Assembly: GCA_000708835.1 (NCBI GenBank)
Contig: DF237503.1
Coordinates: forward strand, 1 to 58,641
Reading direction: 5' to 3'
DNA: 58,641 nt
Source: Klebsormidium nitens
Taxonomy: Eukaryota; Plantae; Klebsormidiophyceae
The notes beneath the pieces are model-generated. The model ran no database searches. It saw only the letters and a list, made by a program, of their open reading frames with translations, and was not told where the DNA came from. The translations under genes were made by a program, and so were the position numbers. Each line of letters begins with the position of its first letter. Positions within the stretch are counted from its first letter, which is position 1. Shown here piece after piece: positions 36,817-49,851 of this stretch.

Positions 36817-39800
36817 TTAGATTCTACTCAAAGAATCAACAATCGCTTGTCGGAAAGCTTTGCTGTGCAGCAAATAAGATGACACGTGGCCACCCACGAC
36901 CCATCGGACCTCCATACCTGGCCATGCTTTTTGAAGACGCTCCACTGAGTGCTGTGGAATGTAAGCGTCGTTCTGCACATGGCAGCCGAGCAGCTGTCAA
37001 TACGGCACGCGTTTGCTGGCGGACCCATAGGAAACGTCAGTACCCTCTTCAGAGGCTTCTTAAGGGGAGAGATAGAGGCAGAGACAGAGGAACTGTTTTG
37101 GATGGATAAGTCTTCCAAGGATGGGGCTTGAGAAAGCTGAGTATTGTGTTCAAAGTCTGGAACGCTCTAGGGGTCGATATTCTGCAAGCAAAGCTGTCTG
37201 GAAGGCACACTTCCGGATAGTGCCTTTGATGGTTAAAGTCGGGCCCCGCTCTTACAGTCTCGCTTTCCGTAATCGCCCGGATCGTAACAGCGATGACAAA
37301 CTGGAATAAGAGACCAGAAGAGGAGCCCTAAACTGCTAAATCCATTCTCCAACCTGCTGAACTGACAGTTCACCCGCCTGATGTGCTCGACACACCCTGT
37401 CACCGTGGATTAGGGGCAGAAATCAGCGGCTTGAGGGAGCCTCTCCGAACATAGATACATCCTAACCTTCTCCAAATCTCTGAAACTAGTTCCCTCAGAG
37501 GCCACTCCCTAGACGCTTCGACGAATTTAACGCCCAATTCCCTTCAAACAGAGGCGCAGTTGGAAGTCTCCTGCACTTGTTTCAAAGCGAACCTGACAAA
37601 AACTTTCTCCGCTAGACAAGCGCTCACCGTGGCCGCTACCAGAATGACCGCCTCAGCCTTCTCCGGACACGGAAACCTCGTGACGTCAGTCAGGGAGAGC
37701 ACCTCTTGCAAGCGCGCCCGTGTCTCCTCTAAACTGTACCCGGCCGCAACCGCAGCCACTGCCACGGAAGCTGCCTCCTCACTCGCCAACTCGTCTTCAA
37801 GGTTGAGAATTCCAGAACTCGGTTCTGGAGATCCGGAATCGGAGTCTCGGCTTCCAGAACCTTGGTTTGACGAAACGCGCTCGCTCGTTTGATTCAGGGC
37901 CTCAACTCCGCTGTACTTGGCTGGAAGTTCTATGCTGCCATTCAAAGATTTGGCGCTTACGCTACTGGCAAAATTGCTAGGTGTTGGACCCTGAGCGATC
38001 GGGTCTGCTGTGTGGTTATCAGTGGCCGCGCGAACTTCAGAACTCAAAGGAGGGGACGCGGAAGCAAAATTGGCGGTGGGTTGGACATTCACGCGGCTCG
38101 TGAAGGCTTTGGAGAGGGTCGTGTCTCTCGCTAGAACGTCCCAGTCGGTGGTTAAGCTCAGGACGCCCTCACAAAACGCGACGGCAGCGGAGTGGGGGGC
38201 CAACAGCGGGGTGACTGCGATGGGGTAGGGGTGGAGGGAGCCGACCATGGACGCGTGCACGCCGCCTGAAAGGACGAGACGACTGGTTAGGGGTCCGGTT
38301 TACGGAGGAACGAGACAGTCAAAGAAGTCTGGGTAAGAGAAAGGGACATATTTTGATACCAAAGGCTTTTTAGAGATGACGCTTTTTGACGGATGGAACT
38401 CTTCAGAACACGTTGCAAGTTTCCATATCAGCGGCGTGGCATGTTAAGGCCCAAGACGACGTCGGGATGCGGTTCACAAGAAATAGAAAGAGACGGGGCT
38501 GAGGACGGGGCTCAGTAAGGAACGAGTTGAGAGAAGGCAATCAGATGGTAGGTCATCCTGCGCCTACTGAGCATCTTGCTACTGCTCTAGTGTTGAAGTG
38601 GTCGCTCTCACCCATGCTAAGACCGCAGATGCCGAGTTTTCCAAAGCCCATGTCTTCCCGGGCCCAGTGTAGCAGCGAGCGGCTCTCTTCAATTGTTGTC
38701 CGCCCAAGCGCCAGCAGGTCGCTTACGTACCGCAGCCGTGAGCCCTTCTGATCGACCGGCCGCCGCTTCCCGTAGAAGGGGCTGCAGTATGCGATTAGAC
38801 TTGGGTTCGGAGACTGGTTATTTCTCATCGATGATGCCTTTGTCGAAAACAATGCTGATTTCAGATCCGCTAAGATATTAGTCGACGGATGCGTCTTGGT
38901 GTAATCGGAAGCTTTGGAAATGATGGGGCCAATCGAGAGCTTATCAGAAGAGAGAAGCTTGCCAAAGTTCTGATAGGCCCCTTGTTGAATGTAGGACCGT
39001 TGCGAGTTGGTCACTCGGTCATGAGGTTTCACTTTATCTCGAGACACGGCAATCAGAAGCTACCAAGCTCTCTGGAAGGAAAGGCCGCTATAGGAGGGCT
39101 AAGTCAACCTCTGTATCTCAATGTTGAAGAAGATGCACATATACAGGCACGGATCTCACACTGAATGCAAGCAAAGGACGGCGGGTCTAAAGGCAGGTCC
39201 GCTACCGAAACCCCCTGCTATTCTGGCTGCATCAGAGGAACATGATAAACAGACGGACGAGAGCTCGGTGACCAGGACACATCTTGTCAGGACACTTATC
39301 TGACAAAGTCAGGCTGCTTTTGTATCCAGCCGTTCGGCCTTTTGTGCAAAGAGCAAGAGGAACGAACCTTGTAATGGTCAGACCACCAGACGCGACGTCA
39401 GCCTTTCCTCAGCGGGGCTGCACTTCCAACTGCCGCTTACCTTTCCAACACCATGGTTGCCACGCCTTGCTCTAGCAACGGCCCCCCGAGCTTCAACCGC
39501 ATGTCAAAGCCATGGTCTCCTGTGCCTGCAAGCAACGGGCAACATTTGAGGAGTCAGCCTCTGGCTTTAAGGTGAATGCCTGAATGCTTGGGTTACAGAC
39601 TCTGTAAGTTTGGGGGTCCAGGTTTGAGGCACTTTTGATAGAATAGGGCCTGCAAACAAGACTCTTTGTGGGGGCAACACTGAGAATGGCTTTCTGTGAC
39701 AACGCCAAACAGAGTGGTCATTAAAAGGAGTCTCTGGAGTCCGGCAATGCTTCCTGTGGGGAAAAGCGGTGCAATCGCACAATCGCTATTGCGAGCTCAC

Positions 39801-40865
39801 CCTTCGTGCTACTAAGCAGAAGGAAAGAGACATACCATACACTCTCAACCTCCCTCTCAACCATGGCCGCTGTCCTCCTCGTCTATCCCTGCTGACAACC
39901 GTTCCACTGTCTTCCTCATATTTCAAAATTGCACCGTACAAACACACTCGCAGTTGCAACCAGATTGCTCACCCGCCAGGTGCAGCACACATGCCATCTC
40001 TTGGCGCAGCGAGGACCGGGGCATGAGCAGGCGCACTCTAGCCATGTGCGATTCGGGGGGTAGCAGCTCCTTCAGCTCGTCGTCCACTGGTGTGGGGAAA
40101 ACCCCCTCCTGCAACACCGCGCGGCGCGTCTCCCAGATGGTCCGCCACCGGGGCTGCAGAGACGAACAACTGCGGTTGGTGAGCAGAAAAATGTATTTGC
40201 GAGGCTGGGGTCAAAGTAGTAAAAGGAAGACGGATTGCTCTGCACATGATAGAGGTAGGGCCACTACTGAATGGGGCCTGCTTGATGGCTGGTCAACATG
40301 GTATTCATATCTGCTAAGCGAAGTTGTCTGAAGTGGCACTCGAGTTCTGCTGGATTCTTAGGAACCCTAGAAAGCGAAAGCGAAAGCGAAGCGAAACGAA
40401 CATGAAAAGAGCTGTCTCAAACAAAGAAAGATGGTTCCATTGAAAAATGATTGACCGCGGAACATGCGAGCGTGCGTCGTGCAAGACAGCATGCAACAAA
40501 ATTGTTGGGACTTTCTACCACCATCAATCGCTTTGCATTTTCAAAGCAGGTCCTGCCAATGCAGTTGAAAGCTCATGCTTGCAATGAGCAAGTAAGAGCT
40601 GTTTCTTCTTCTCAGGCAGATAAGTTTCTGCGACCATCGCAGCGTGAGCATCCCGTACACTGACCTGAACGATAGCCGGAGGCCACGGCAAAGTGTTCTC
40701 CTTGCTCTGCAGCATGTCCAGGTTCTTCTCAATGAACTCCCGCAGAATCTCCAAGGACTGGCCCCCCCATCCAAGTTTGAAGAAGCGGGGGGAGAGGCCC
40801 ATTCTAAGAGGCCCTGTGCTGTAAACATGGTCCATAAGTTGATGCCATGTGCCAAGAGTGCTCAT
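36817..40865 (-). CDS. ABHD18: ABHD18 / DUF2048 alpha/beta hydrolase, 6 exons, ~476 aa
   Basis: Exons 40865-40665, 40153-39973, 39525-39441, 38781-38612, 38265-37628, 36972-36817 (1431 nt). Motifs FFKLGWGG, VLHLAGTGDH, LESPFYGKRRP, nucleophile GLSMGG, NDAYIP, GGHVSSYL. The N-terminus could extend upstream. Confidence 0.92.
40372..40398 (+). repeat. Short (AAAGCG)n-type microsatellite in an ABHD18 intron
   Basis: aaagcgaaagcgaaagcgaagcgaaacg. Confidence 0.7.
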
Positions 40866-42124
40866 CTGCTGCTTGACAAGCGGCTGTATGCGCTGAAGCC
40901 ATACCTGCAGGACTTTAGAGCTGCTGAACGAGCTCCCAGAGTTCATTGCGAATTTGTCATGAAGGACTGGCTGCGTCAATGCAAGCTGCCAATACAACCC
41001 TCAATCTAAAATACTTTTCAATGTGTAAACGAACCTTTCCAGGCTCCCAAGGGATGCTTGCAGCATTCAAGGAGAACCTTCTCAATAATATATCTGGCTT
41101 GCTCCAAAACCGCCGCCACGTAAAATGCTCCTATTCCCAGTGATGCAGAAGCTGCAACAAGTTTGGGGTTCAGGAGGGCATACTGGGCCAGAAATCAAGC
41201 GCATACCTATCTCTGGAACCTATCTGCAGTCTGACACCAGAGCAGGTCCCCAGCTCCTCAAGTTGCTCAGCTTCTGAAACGTGAAAGGCAAGAAAAGCAG
41301 CAGACTGAGAAGGAATCTTCCGAAGTTCAAAGTTCGAAGTTCAATTCAAATTCAATGTTTGAATCCTGTCCAAACGAAGGGCCTTCAAAGCCGTCATTCA
41401 AATGCAAGATGAAAGGTGGGCCGTCAGATTTATATTGCGCGCGTAGCTTCAGCGAGACTGCCGGTTGTTACGGATCAACCTGGAATCTTTCGGTCGCGAG
41501 CCGGGAGACAAATGATCTCTAGTCCGTGCTCTAGTCTAGGTAGCTTCCAGGCTACATAATTCGAAAGTTGGACCGTTCTTCAGCTCCGTTTTGCTCCGAC
41601 TTCCTGCGTGAACTTGAATCTGCTTGGCCAAGGGAGACTCTAGGTTGGAACACTGCACGAATATCACATATCCACCAAGCGCTGATATCAAGAAGCATCT
41701 CAAATATCGCTCTAGGTGGCTATAGGTAATTTTCCTCAACGCAGCGGAAAGGATCTCGCTTTAAAAACCAGGAGAATTCTTCAGCTTTCTGCTCAGCAGG
41801 TCGTACCTGGTAGCTTTTCTACTCAGGTTCGAGCTCCACATCGTCGAAAACAGTCTCAGGCCAGCAATAGATATTCACTATCGCTTCAAGACTTTCTCTG
41901 AGCTCTAAAATCCCCGCTAAAACCTCACCTATCAAAACAAGAAGAGGCTCAACCAACAGCTTCAAAGGAGGGCGCGTTGTTGGACGCAGGTTCCATCATT
42001 GATAGATCGAGCTGTTGCAAAGACGTCGTCGTTTAAATACTGGTCTGAGCAAGTGCGGTTCTTCTACACCGTTTCAGGAACACTGTGAATCGAGTCCCCT
42101 GATAGTAAGGAGAGCTGGTCAAAG

Positions 42125-44735
42125 ATGGTAAGTTTTTTCGTGGCATAAATTTGTCGCTCTGAAAGCACTGAGTGCAGAAGAACGTCAAGGACATTCAGCG
42201 GATTGAATGCAGATTGATCAGGGTTTCAAAAGGTGTTCATCTGGCCAAGAGAGTTCAAGTCAGTCACTCGCACTGATGCTTTGCTTACCTTTGCAGGGGC
42301 TCCTGTCTTTGCTTCGGAAGCTTAAAAAGACAAAAGGAGAGGTGAGCTCACAGAAAAGTCCAATCAAAGTCGCTTCACTAATATGCGTAGCTCTAACCAA
42401 GGCGTGGCCAGCTGCTATGCTTTTAGTCTTGCTACAGCGCCCGGCGTGGCAGCAAAGACGTCAGCTCAGAGCAGTTGCGTACAAGGCCTGAATTGTTTCT
42501 GTTGACAATGTTGCAAAGCTTGCTAGCTGCACCAAAACAAAAAAACCCATCAATAGCAGTCGTGAGGTGCACTGACCGTGCCTAACATTAAGAACTTTCA
42601 TTTCTGGCTCTGGACTAGCCAGGATCCGTTCGCTGACTGGTATTTTACCTGCTTGCAAAACGGTCAAACAGCACAGCTTTTTAGGTTGTGGCTGGCGGGT
42701 TCAAAATATGAGTTGCATGTAACAAATTGCTGACACCAGCTTGTGACATTCCGGGTAGGCGTTGTCAGCTGCACGCGTCAACATGCCCAATTTGAGCTGC
42801 TTTGGTTGGATGCGATACATATTCCGAGGCACTCTTTTCATGCGCACAGGCCCGCATCCTGGTGTTGGGGCTTGACAATGCTGGCAAGACCACCATCTTG
42901 CGAAAGCTGTCAGATGAAGACATTACCACCATCACCCCCACCCAGGGCTTCAATATAAAGTCGCTGATGCATGACGGCTTCAAGCTAAACGTCTGGGACA
43001 TAGGAGGTGAGCATACGAGAAGAGTTGCTGTCTCACAACGACACTTCTGCAAAAAGTGGTTTCGGTTTTACATAGCCAGAGGCAGCATGATTCCTTGGAA
43101 TGCTCAGAGTGCCAACATTTAGCGAGGACGCAAAGCCGTCCCCCAATAGTATGGGACGCTTCTAGCGTGCGTCATCCGTTCCCACCGTGCAAACCGCCTT
43201 CTGTGCAGGCCAGAAAGCAATCAGAAGCTATTGGAAGAACTACTTCGAGCAGACGGATGCACTCCTGTATGTCATTGATAGCTCGGACAAGCGGCGGCTT
43301 GAGGAAACGGGTAAGCCTGTAGTTGCCCACTTCCATAATTAGATACATTACATGTCTCTCTCCTCCTGCAATTGGCTGGCAGATAGCCGATACTAGAGAA
43401 CTTTACTGGTTGGAACGATAACTCTCGAAGGAACTCCTTGAGCATCGATCTATTGCAGCTGTATCTCGGACAATCGGGACTGAGCATGCTGAATAGAAGT
43501 GTAGCGTAGCTGACAGGAAAGAGCTGCTAAAATTTGGGGAGATTGCTTCACGAGACTTCAGCCCCGTCTCTCATCCCCACCAGTGTCGGCCTTGTCTTCA
43601 TTGGGGCACTGCGGTACGCCATTAAGTGAACGGAAGTGAAACCTTCCTCTACCGTGTTGTCCAGGCGACGAGCTGAGCCGGTTACTGGAAGAGGAGAAGA
43701 TGACAAACGTCCCGTTGCTAGTTCTGGCGAACAAGCAGGACCTGAACAGCGCTCTGCCGGCAGACGAAGTGAGGCCACGTTTCTGATCGATTGGGTCATC
43801 TGCACAACTTGCAAGAGTCGGCTTTTTAGGTCATCTTTTGCCTGGTAACCTGTTGCATTTGCAAGGGTATGATGTTCCATCTCAGGGTGCCCCACAAGGC
43901 TGCCGCGATCAATGAAAGAAGCAGATCATGAAAAGCGGATCGCAACCTGGCCCTGTTTTGTAGCAACATCTGTGCACGGCCGCTTCTGGTTAGTGATATG
44001 AGACGCGCGCCCTTTGGCCTTCCCAAATGGGTTACGCACAACAGATCCGAAGCGAAAGCTCTTAGCGCCTGCAGCCTTTCAGTTGGTCTAGCTCGTCGAA
44101 CGTCTGGAGAACGATGATGCATCCAGTGAGCTGGAGACTACCTTTCACAGAGCCTCCTATTCGCGAGAGGGAACATGTGATTGAAATTTGAAGCACACCG
44201 GTCGAAAACTTGGTCGAAGTGCTGGTGGTTTGCAAATGACAGGTCCTGACTTGGAAGGCGGCTATGGAAGGAGAGAATCGGGCAACCAGACCGGGTACTC
44301 ACAATCCGTCTGTACTTGCTTTACTTGCAGGTAGCCAACGGACTCAACCTTTTCTCCATCCGAGATCGACCATGGCAAATACAGCCGTGTTCAGGTACGG
44401 CGGTCTCTGTTTCCTCCGCTGAAAAGACGAGCTTGCCAAGTCCTTCTTGCGAAATTCCAAGAAGAAGTACAGATTCTGGCGTGTAAAAAAGATGCCGCTT
44501 TGTCAAGGTACTGGATTGCTTACTTTGATCGAGACGGGTCCTCATAACTCTTCCATGCTCAGCATCTTGAGACGCTGCCGTCGACTGGATAACGTTCGAA
44601 GTACATATATTTGGCTCGCGTATATTTTGGACAAAGAGCAAGTAATTCGTCTGACTTGCTTCTTGTGAATCTGCAGCCAAAACCGGGGACGGTCTTCAAG
44701 CGGGGATGGAGTGGCTTGTCAAGCAGGTCAAATAG
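42125..44735 (+). CDS. ARL3: ADP-ribosylation factor-like GTPase 3, 7 exons, 177 aa
   Basis: Exons 42125-42127 (ATG only), 42297-42341, 42850-43006, 43209-43310, 43665-43768, 44331-44394, 44677-44735 (534 nt). [50 protein letters not shown]3 rather than ARL2 rests on the [11 protein letters not shown] and [12 protein letters not shown] sequences. Confidence 0.92.
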
Positions 44736-46189
44736 GCTGGCTGATTGCAAGCGTATCAAAGTGGTTGTCAAAATAAGCCTTGCACTTTCACATGCATACT
44801 CACTCTCGGCCCGCGCTACCATTCACGTACCGCAACATGGAAATAGCACGGCTCTACGCACGGCTGGGTTGCTGACGTGTACACGCACGTCTTGTTTGAA
44901 AAAGTTGTTTACCTACGTGGACCGAGGAACGCCATGGAAAATATGTAAACTAAGTGGCCACCAGTTGAGAACGACGAGGTTGTAAGTGTATCAGAAACGC
45001 CCAAAAGAACTTGAAGTGCCCGGGAAGCCCTCAACGGAAAGCTAGGTCGTGCTGTCTTCTTGTTCGCATCCTCGCGGTCTGCTCAACGTTCCGCTTCTGT
45101 CAAGGGCCCAACTTCAGCGCTATCGGCTCGCAAGATATCTCTTCAATCGAGCTCGATTGATCCGACTGATATTTACAGTTCAAGTATTTACGAGTGTTGT
45201 CTGTATCTTATAAGCAAACCACGGGACTGGAGACCTTGCACTTCTGCTTGTCGTACATGAGTTTCATGAATAAGAGCCGTTTAAGCGATTCATCGACAAA
45301 TTGATCCAGCATAAAAATCCAGCTTTGGTACTGAATTACAGGTGTGCTACAGATAATGCTTTCATCAAACACTCTTGGGACTGGACGGATTGTGCGCGGA
45401 TTTACTTTGAAGCGCTGTAAAACTGCCCTTTGTCTTGACTATGTCTGGCTGTCGGAAATATCGAGGCTCGAAGTACGTGAAAGATACAGCGTAGTAATAT
45501 GGAGCTGTGATTTGGTCGACGAAGGCAGGGGCTTCTTATGTTACTTGTTAGAGCATATATATGCATGATCTGCCGTTCATGGGATTCTGTGCTGCATGGA
45601 TCCTCTCAAAATACTCTTTAGTAGTATACGCAGAAGTTCCCCCTGATAGTCTATGATGGTCTTAAGTCACATGGGAGGCTTCGCTTCCGGGCCGAGCTCC
45701 TCACTTTTCTAGGTCATGCTGAGTGGCAGTGAGTCGCCTGCTGGCAAGGACCGACGCAGACATCAGCGGCTTTCTGCGTGACGGCGGAAAGGCTCTTATT
45801 GTACATTCTTTGCAACGGGGTCGCGGCCGCTTGTCGTATTTCTGCGAAACCGTGGCAGTTCATCCGATCCAATGAATGAAGGTGAGTATAGATGCGGGGA
45901 AGAATCCATGGAGAGAGGATCCAGCTGAGAAGACGGCCACTTTCTGATCAATCCTCACCGGATCTAATCTGAGAAACTGTATGTCGTGACCTGAGCTTTC
46001 AGATGAACTTGAATCAGCTTCAGGGCGTAAGGTAGAGGTTCGTCTAGGCAGCACGGCTCACCATCTTCTTTGCGCTCTCACAGAACTCGCTTTTCATCTT
46101 TGATCGCTGCATCCTGACTCCTCTTCTGATACGACCACTGCAGGCAGGTTGGTCGGCCGCGGCGCACGTGCGCACGCAAAACCGCGGGG

Positions 46190-47770
46190 ATGCAATCGTG
46201 GCTCTTCATCGGTGTTCTGAGCGCGCTCGCGTTTCCCGCGACCTTCGGGTGCTTTGCTATGCTTTTCTACATGAGCATTGCACTCGGAAAATGGCTCTTC
46301 AGAGCTTCAGGGGGGTCCAGCCAGCCGCCTGGGGCCCCCCCTGCTCCTGTGTCCACGCCAAATCCGGATTCCCAGGAGCTGGGACTGTCTGGATCCGGCG
46401 GTGGTAGCGTGGCGCCGGGATCGGAGGACGGGGCTTCGCAAAATAATCTGGTGGGCTGGTAATGCTCGGTCCCGTCCTGGTTGGTAGATTTTGTGGCGTA
46501 AAAACTGTTCGATAAGTCGGTGGACGCTGTTCAAAAATTCGGTGGACGCGTCCTTCCTCTCAACCTTCTTTTTGAAGGCACAATTTTGAGGCTTCATAAC
46601 ATCTAGAAGATGGGTAAGAAAGCAATGACATATTACCTAATTAGGAAAGCTGCGTCAAGCTTCACTGTGCTGGGCAAATTTCCTGTTTTTCCCCTTATAC
46701 CACCGTGTTCGCCCGTTATCGAGCCAAGCAGCTCGTTAACAATGCAGCTCCTTACTTGGCCGTGCCCCTCCCCTCTGCTCTTCTGAATGATCGTGCTTCT
46801 TAGTCCCAACTTATCCAAACAGAATATAATTTCAGTTCTGCGGTAGTCAGGACCGCGATTGAAAGCAAGAAGGGTGGGCGTTCTATTTTTCCTGTGGCAC
46901 TTTCTGCAGATTGATCCAACTTCAAATCAGCTTTCCGTCAAATAACCTCTCAACAGACTCTTTCTCTCGCAGAAGGGCTTTACGAAAGGGTCGGTCCCAT
47001 TTCTTCTAAATTTTCGAATTTCGAGGTGTAGATTTGGTTCCATTGACTCTTCTCAAGGTAAAAGGTCGAAATTTTTGCCGTTTTTCTCAGAGGGGCCAAA
47101 GCGTACTGCGGGCGCTCCGCTTGTTACGGCAGGCGAAGGCGGAAGACAATTCCCAGCAGCGGAAACGGATCGACGCCCTGCCGACGTGGCAGATCGAGAG
47201 CGTCGATTCGGAGCAGAACGCCTGCGCGGTGTGTCTGGAGCCGCAGACCATTGGCCTGAAGGTGGGACGTATAACTAGTTGGGCTGGAAGTTTGGGGTTT
47301 GGCTCGTGTGCGCATCGGTGAAAGGAAGGTCTTCGATTTGACAGCAAAACTTTGAGAATCTGCATTCGTGATCAATTGACAGGATCTTATTGCAAAAGGT
47401 TCATAGACACGAGGACCTGGGCGAATATGAAAAGAAGAGGCCTTTTGTCGGTGATCCACTCTGGTTTTCTTCCACGGACCTCCTGCTTTCAAATGGCCGC
47501 GCTCGGCTGGGTCTAACGATTCAAACCACGCTTGATACTGCAGAACTTGATGAAAGTAAAAAACTGTCGTCTTTTAATACATGGACGTTACGAAATGGCT
47601 CATTTTGCATCATTGAATCCTCCCTCATCTCCTTCTTTCAGGTCCGATCTCTGCCGTGCAATCACATTTTCTGCAAAGCATGCATCGACGCGTGGCTCCT
47701 TCTGGGGGCCGCCACGTGTCCGGACTGCCGTGCGGACGCGTTCCCGGGGGGCGAGCAAGAAAGCCATTGA
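46190..47770 (+). CDS. Membrane-anchored RING E3 ligase (ATL-like architecture), 3 exons, 186 aa
   Basis: Exons 46190-46450, 47091-47261, 47642-47770. N-terminal hydrophobic segment; RING CAVC-x14-CNHIFCKAC-x11-CPDC. Confidence 0.85.
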
Positions 47771-49851
47771 ACGGAGAAACAACTCGCGTCGAGTTCCACG
47801 TCTGAGACTGCCCTGCTAGCTACGATCAAACGCCGCGATCGAAAGGTTCGTAAGCATTCATAAGGCTGCCGAATGTAGACAGCGCTTTTTTAATGGGAGC
47901 ATCTTTGAGTCCCTAACGAAACAACGGATGGGTTTCACCTGGACATGAAGGACCTGAGCAGACTTGCTAGTCGAAGCGTCTGTAGTACTTGTTCCACAGG
48001 CCGGCTTGTGTAAAATAAGATACTGCTCATAGTAATATCAGGGCGACCTTTTTGCGTCTGCCCCACCCCGCTCTGCATTGGTTCTGACAAGTATCCGTGC
48101 TGGGTTGTCAGGGCGAGGCTTGCAACTGAGCGTCATATCCGTTGCGAGGACAGCCCATCAACTCCATCAACCGGTCTAGTGATCTGCTTCTCGTCGATAG
48201 CTACACACGGACCAGAATCCGCTTGGATCCTTGGATCAGTAAAATTATCTTCGTGGTTTGGGCCTCCCAAAAGGGGAATACCAATTTCGAATGTGGTGAC
48301 GAGACAACTCTTTCCAGCAGCCTGCCCACCGTAACGTTCTCCATAACTGGTGCAAATCAGTGGCCTGTGGACGCTTTTACTTGGTCATGAGAGTTTATTG
48401 ACGGTGAATCTAGGACGTGCAAACAGATCCGTATCATTTTCATCATCATAGCGGAACACACCGCAAGCAAGTCCTAGCAAATCTCGTGTACATGTGCGTT
48501 CAGGAATATATCATGTGTCTTTGACCTTTGCCTGTTTCTTATTATTCAGACGCGGTCCTCTAATACGACAAGGTAGTCTCCTGCTTTTCTCAATGTCATT
48601 AGGAAACGAATGTGCCCACGATAGATTCGTCTACCTTGTACAAGAGCGATTCTTTAGGCTTTAGTACAGAAGCTTTGACAGGTGTTGATATCCGTACGTC
48701 CTTGTAGATCGGCACCTAGGTATGAGATGTGGTAGCGTTAGGCCTAGTCAACCCCTACAGTGTGCTCGCAGTCGACATATCCGAGGCCATCAGCAATCAT
48801 CACGGTTTTGCCACGTGTCACGTTTCCGTTACACAAGCATAAGCCAAACCTAACTGTAATTACGGGACAATACAGTTCTGTACTAGAGTTGGGCTGCTTT
48901 TTGGACTTTTTGTCGGACTTTCCGTGCCACTTAGGTGACTCCACCAAGGTTCTCATGCGAGGAAGATCAGGCTTCGTTAAATTCGATGATCCGCTCTGCG
49001 TTTCGAAATACGAGCTTGGACAGTGTATATGTACAGGACACTAATACAATCCAGCTGTTTGGCGATGTTCCAGTCTGGCACAGGTTTCGGTTAGGATGAA
49101 TCTCACCTTCTTATCAGGGCAAAGGACACCTCCATTGTCACCACCATCGAGCTCTAGAGAAGGAACAGACTCTTCATTCGATTGGCTCCTGGAACGGGTC
49201 AATTTGGATGGGCTTCAGTTGTTGAACATAAGAAAGCGCTTCATCAGATGCTTGAAGGTTTGGCAGAAGCTGGATGGGTGCCAAGAAGCGGGCTTGTATT
49301 GAACATAAAGCTCCATCTCCCTTTTCCTTGGTGGGTCGACAAGGTCTCCTTTTCGCCATATAAAGACAATATAATCCTGTCCTCACCAGAAAGACTGGTA
49401 AGGCTTCTTACCTTTTACTTTGTCCCCTCCTCCGAGGCCTGTACGTATCTTTGATCTGTCTTGCTTTCGAATGGAAACATCAAAAGATACGTTTGTCGGG
49501 GGAGCGACATGAGAAAGGAGTTGAGCTTTCCGCGTGAAAACCTAAACCCAATCGGACGTCCACATGAAGAACCTACAATACAGAGCAATTCCGATTGAAA
49601 TTGTAATTCTTAATCTAACATCCTCTAGTCAAGAATTGCGTTGGATAAATTACTATTTCTTGATTTTTGTCGACACACTACAGAACGTGCTGCATGAGAA
49701 CAAAGAAGCCCAAAAAGCTGGTAAGCGCGGACGTCGTAAATCAGAAGAGTTGTTACCAACGAGCAGCTTTCGAAATACTTCCCACCTTAGAACTATGCCC
49801 AAGCCCTATTTCCAGCATGCAGATTAGCAGCCTCCGTGCGCGCGCGCAAAT

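Noticed and set aside
38787-39047. Open frame continuing through an ABHD18 intron (ORF 38553..39047)
   Set aside because: Canonical splice sites and family alignment put the exon start at 38781; the upstream peptide matches nothing I recognise.
45645-45725. Possible C/D snoRNA (ATGATG...CTGA with an internal hairpin)
   Set aside because: Imperfect C box, no terminal stem, and no rRNA-complementary guide identifiable by eye.
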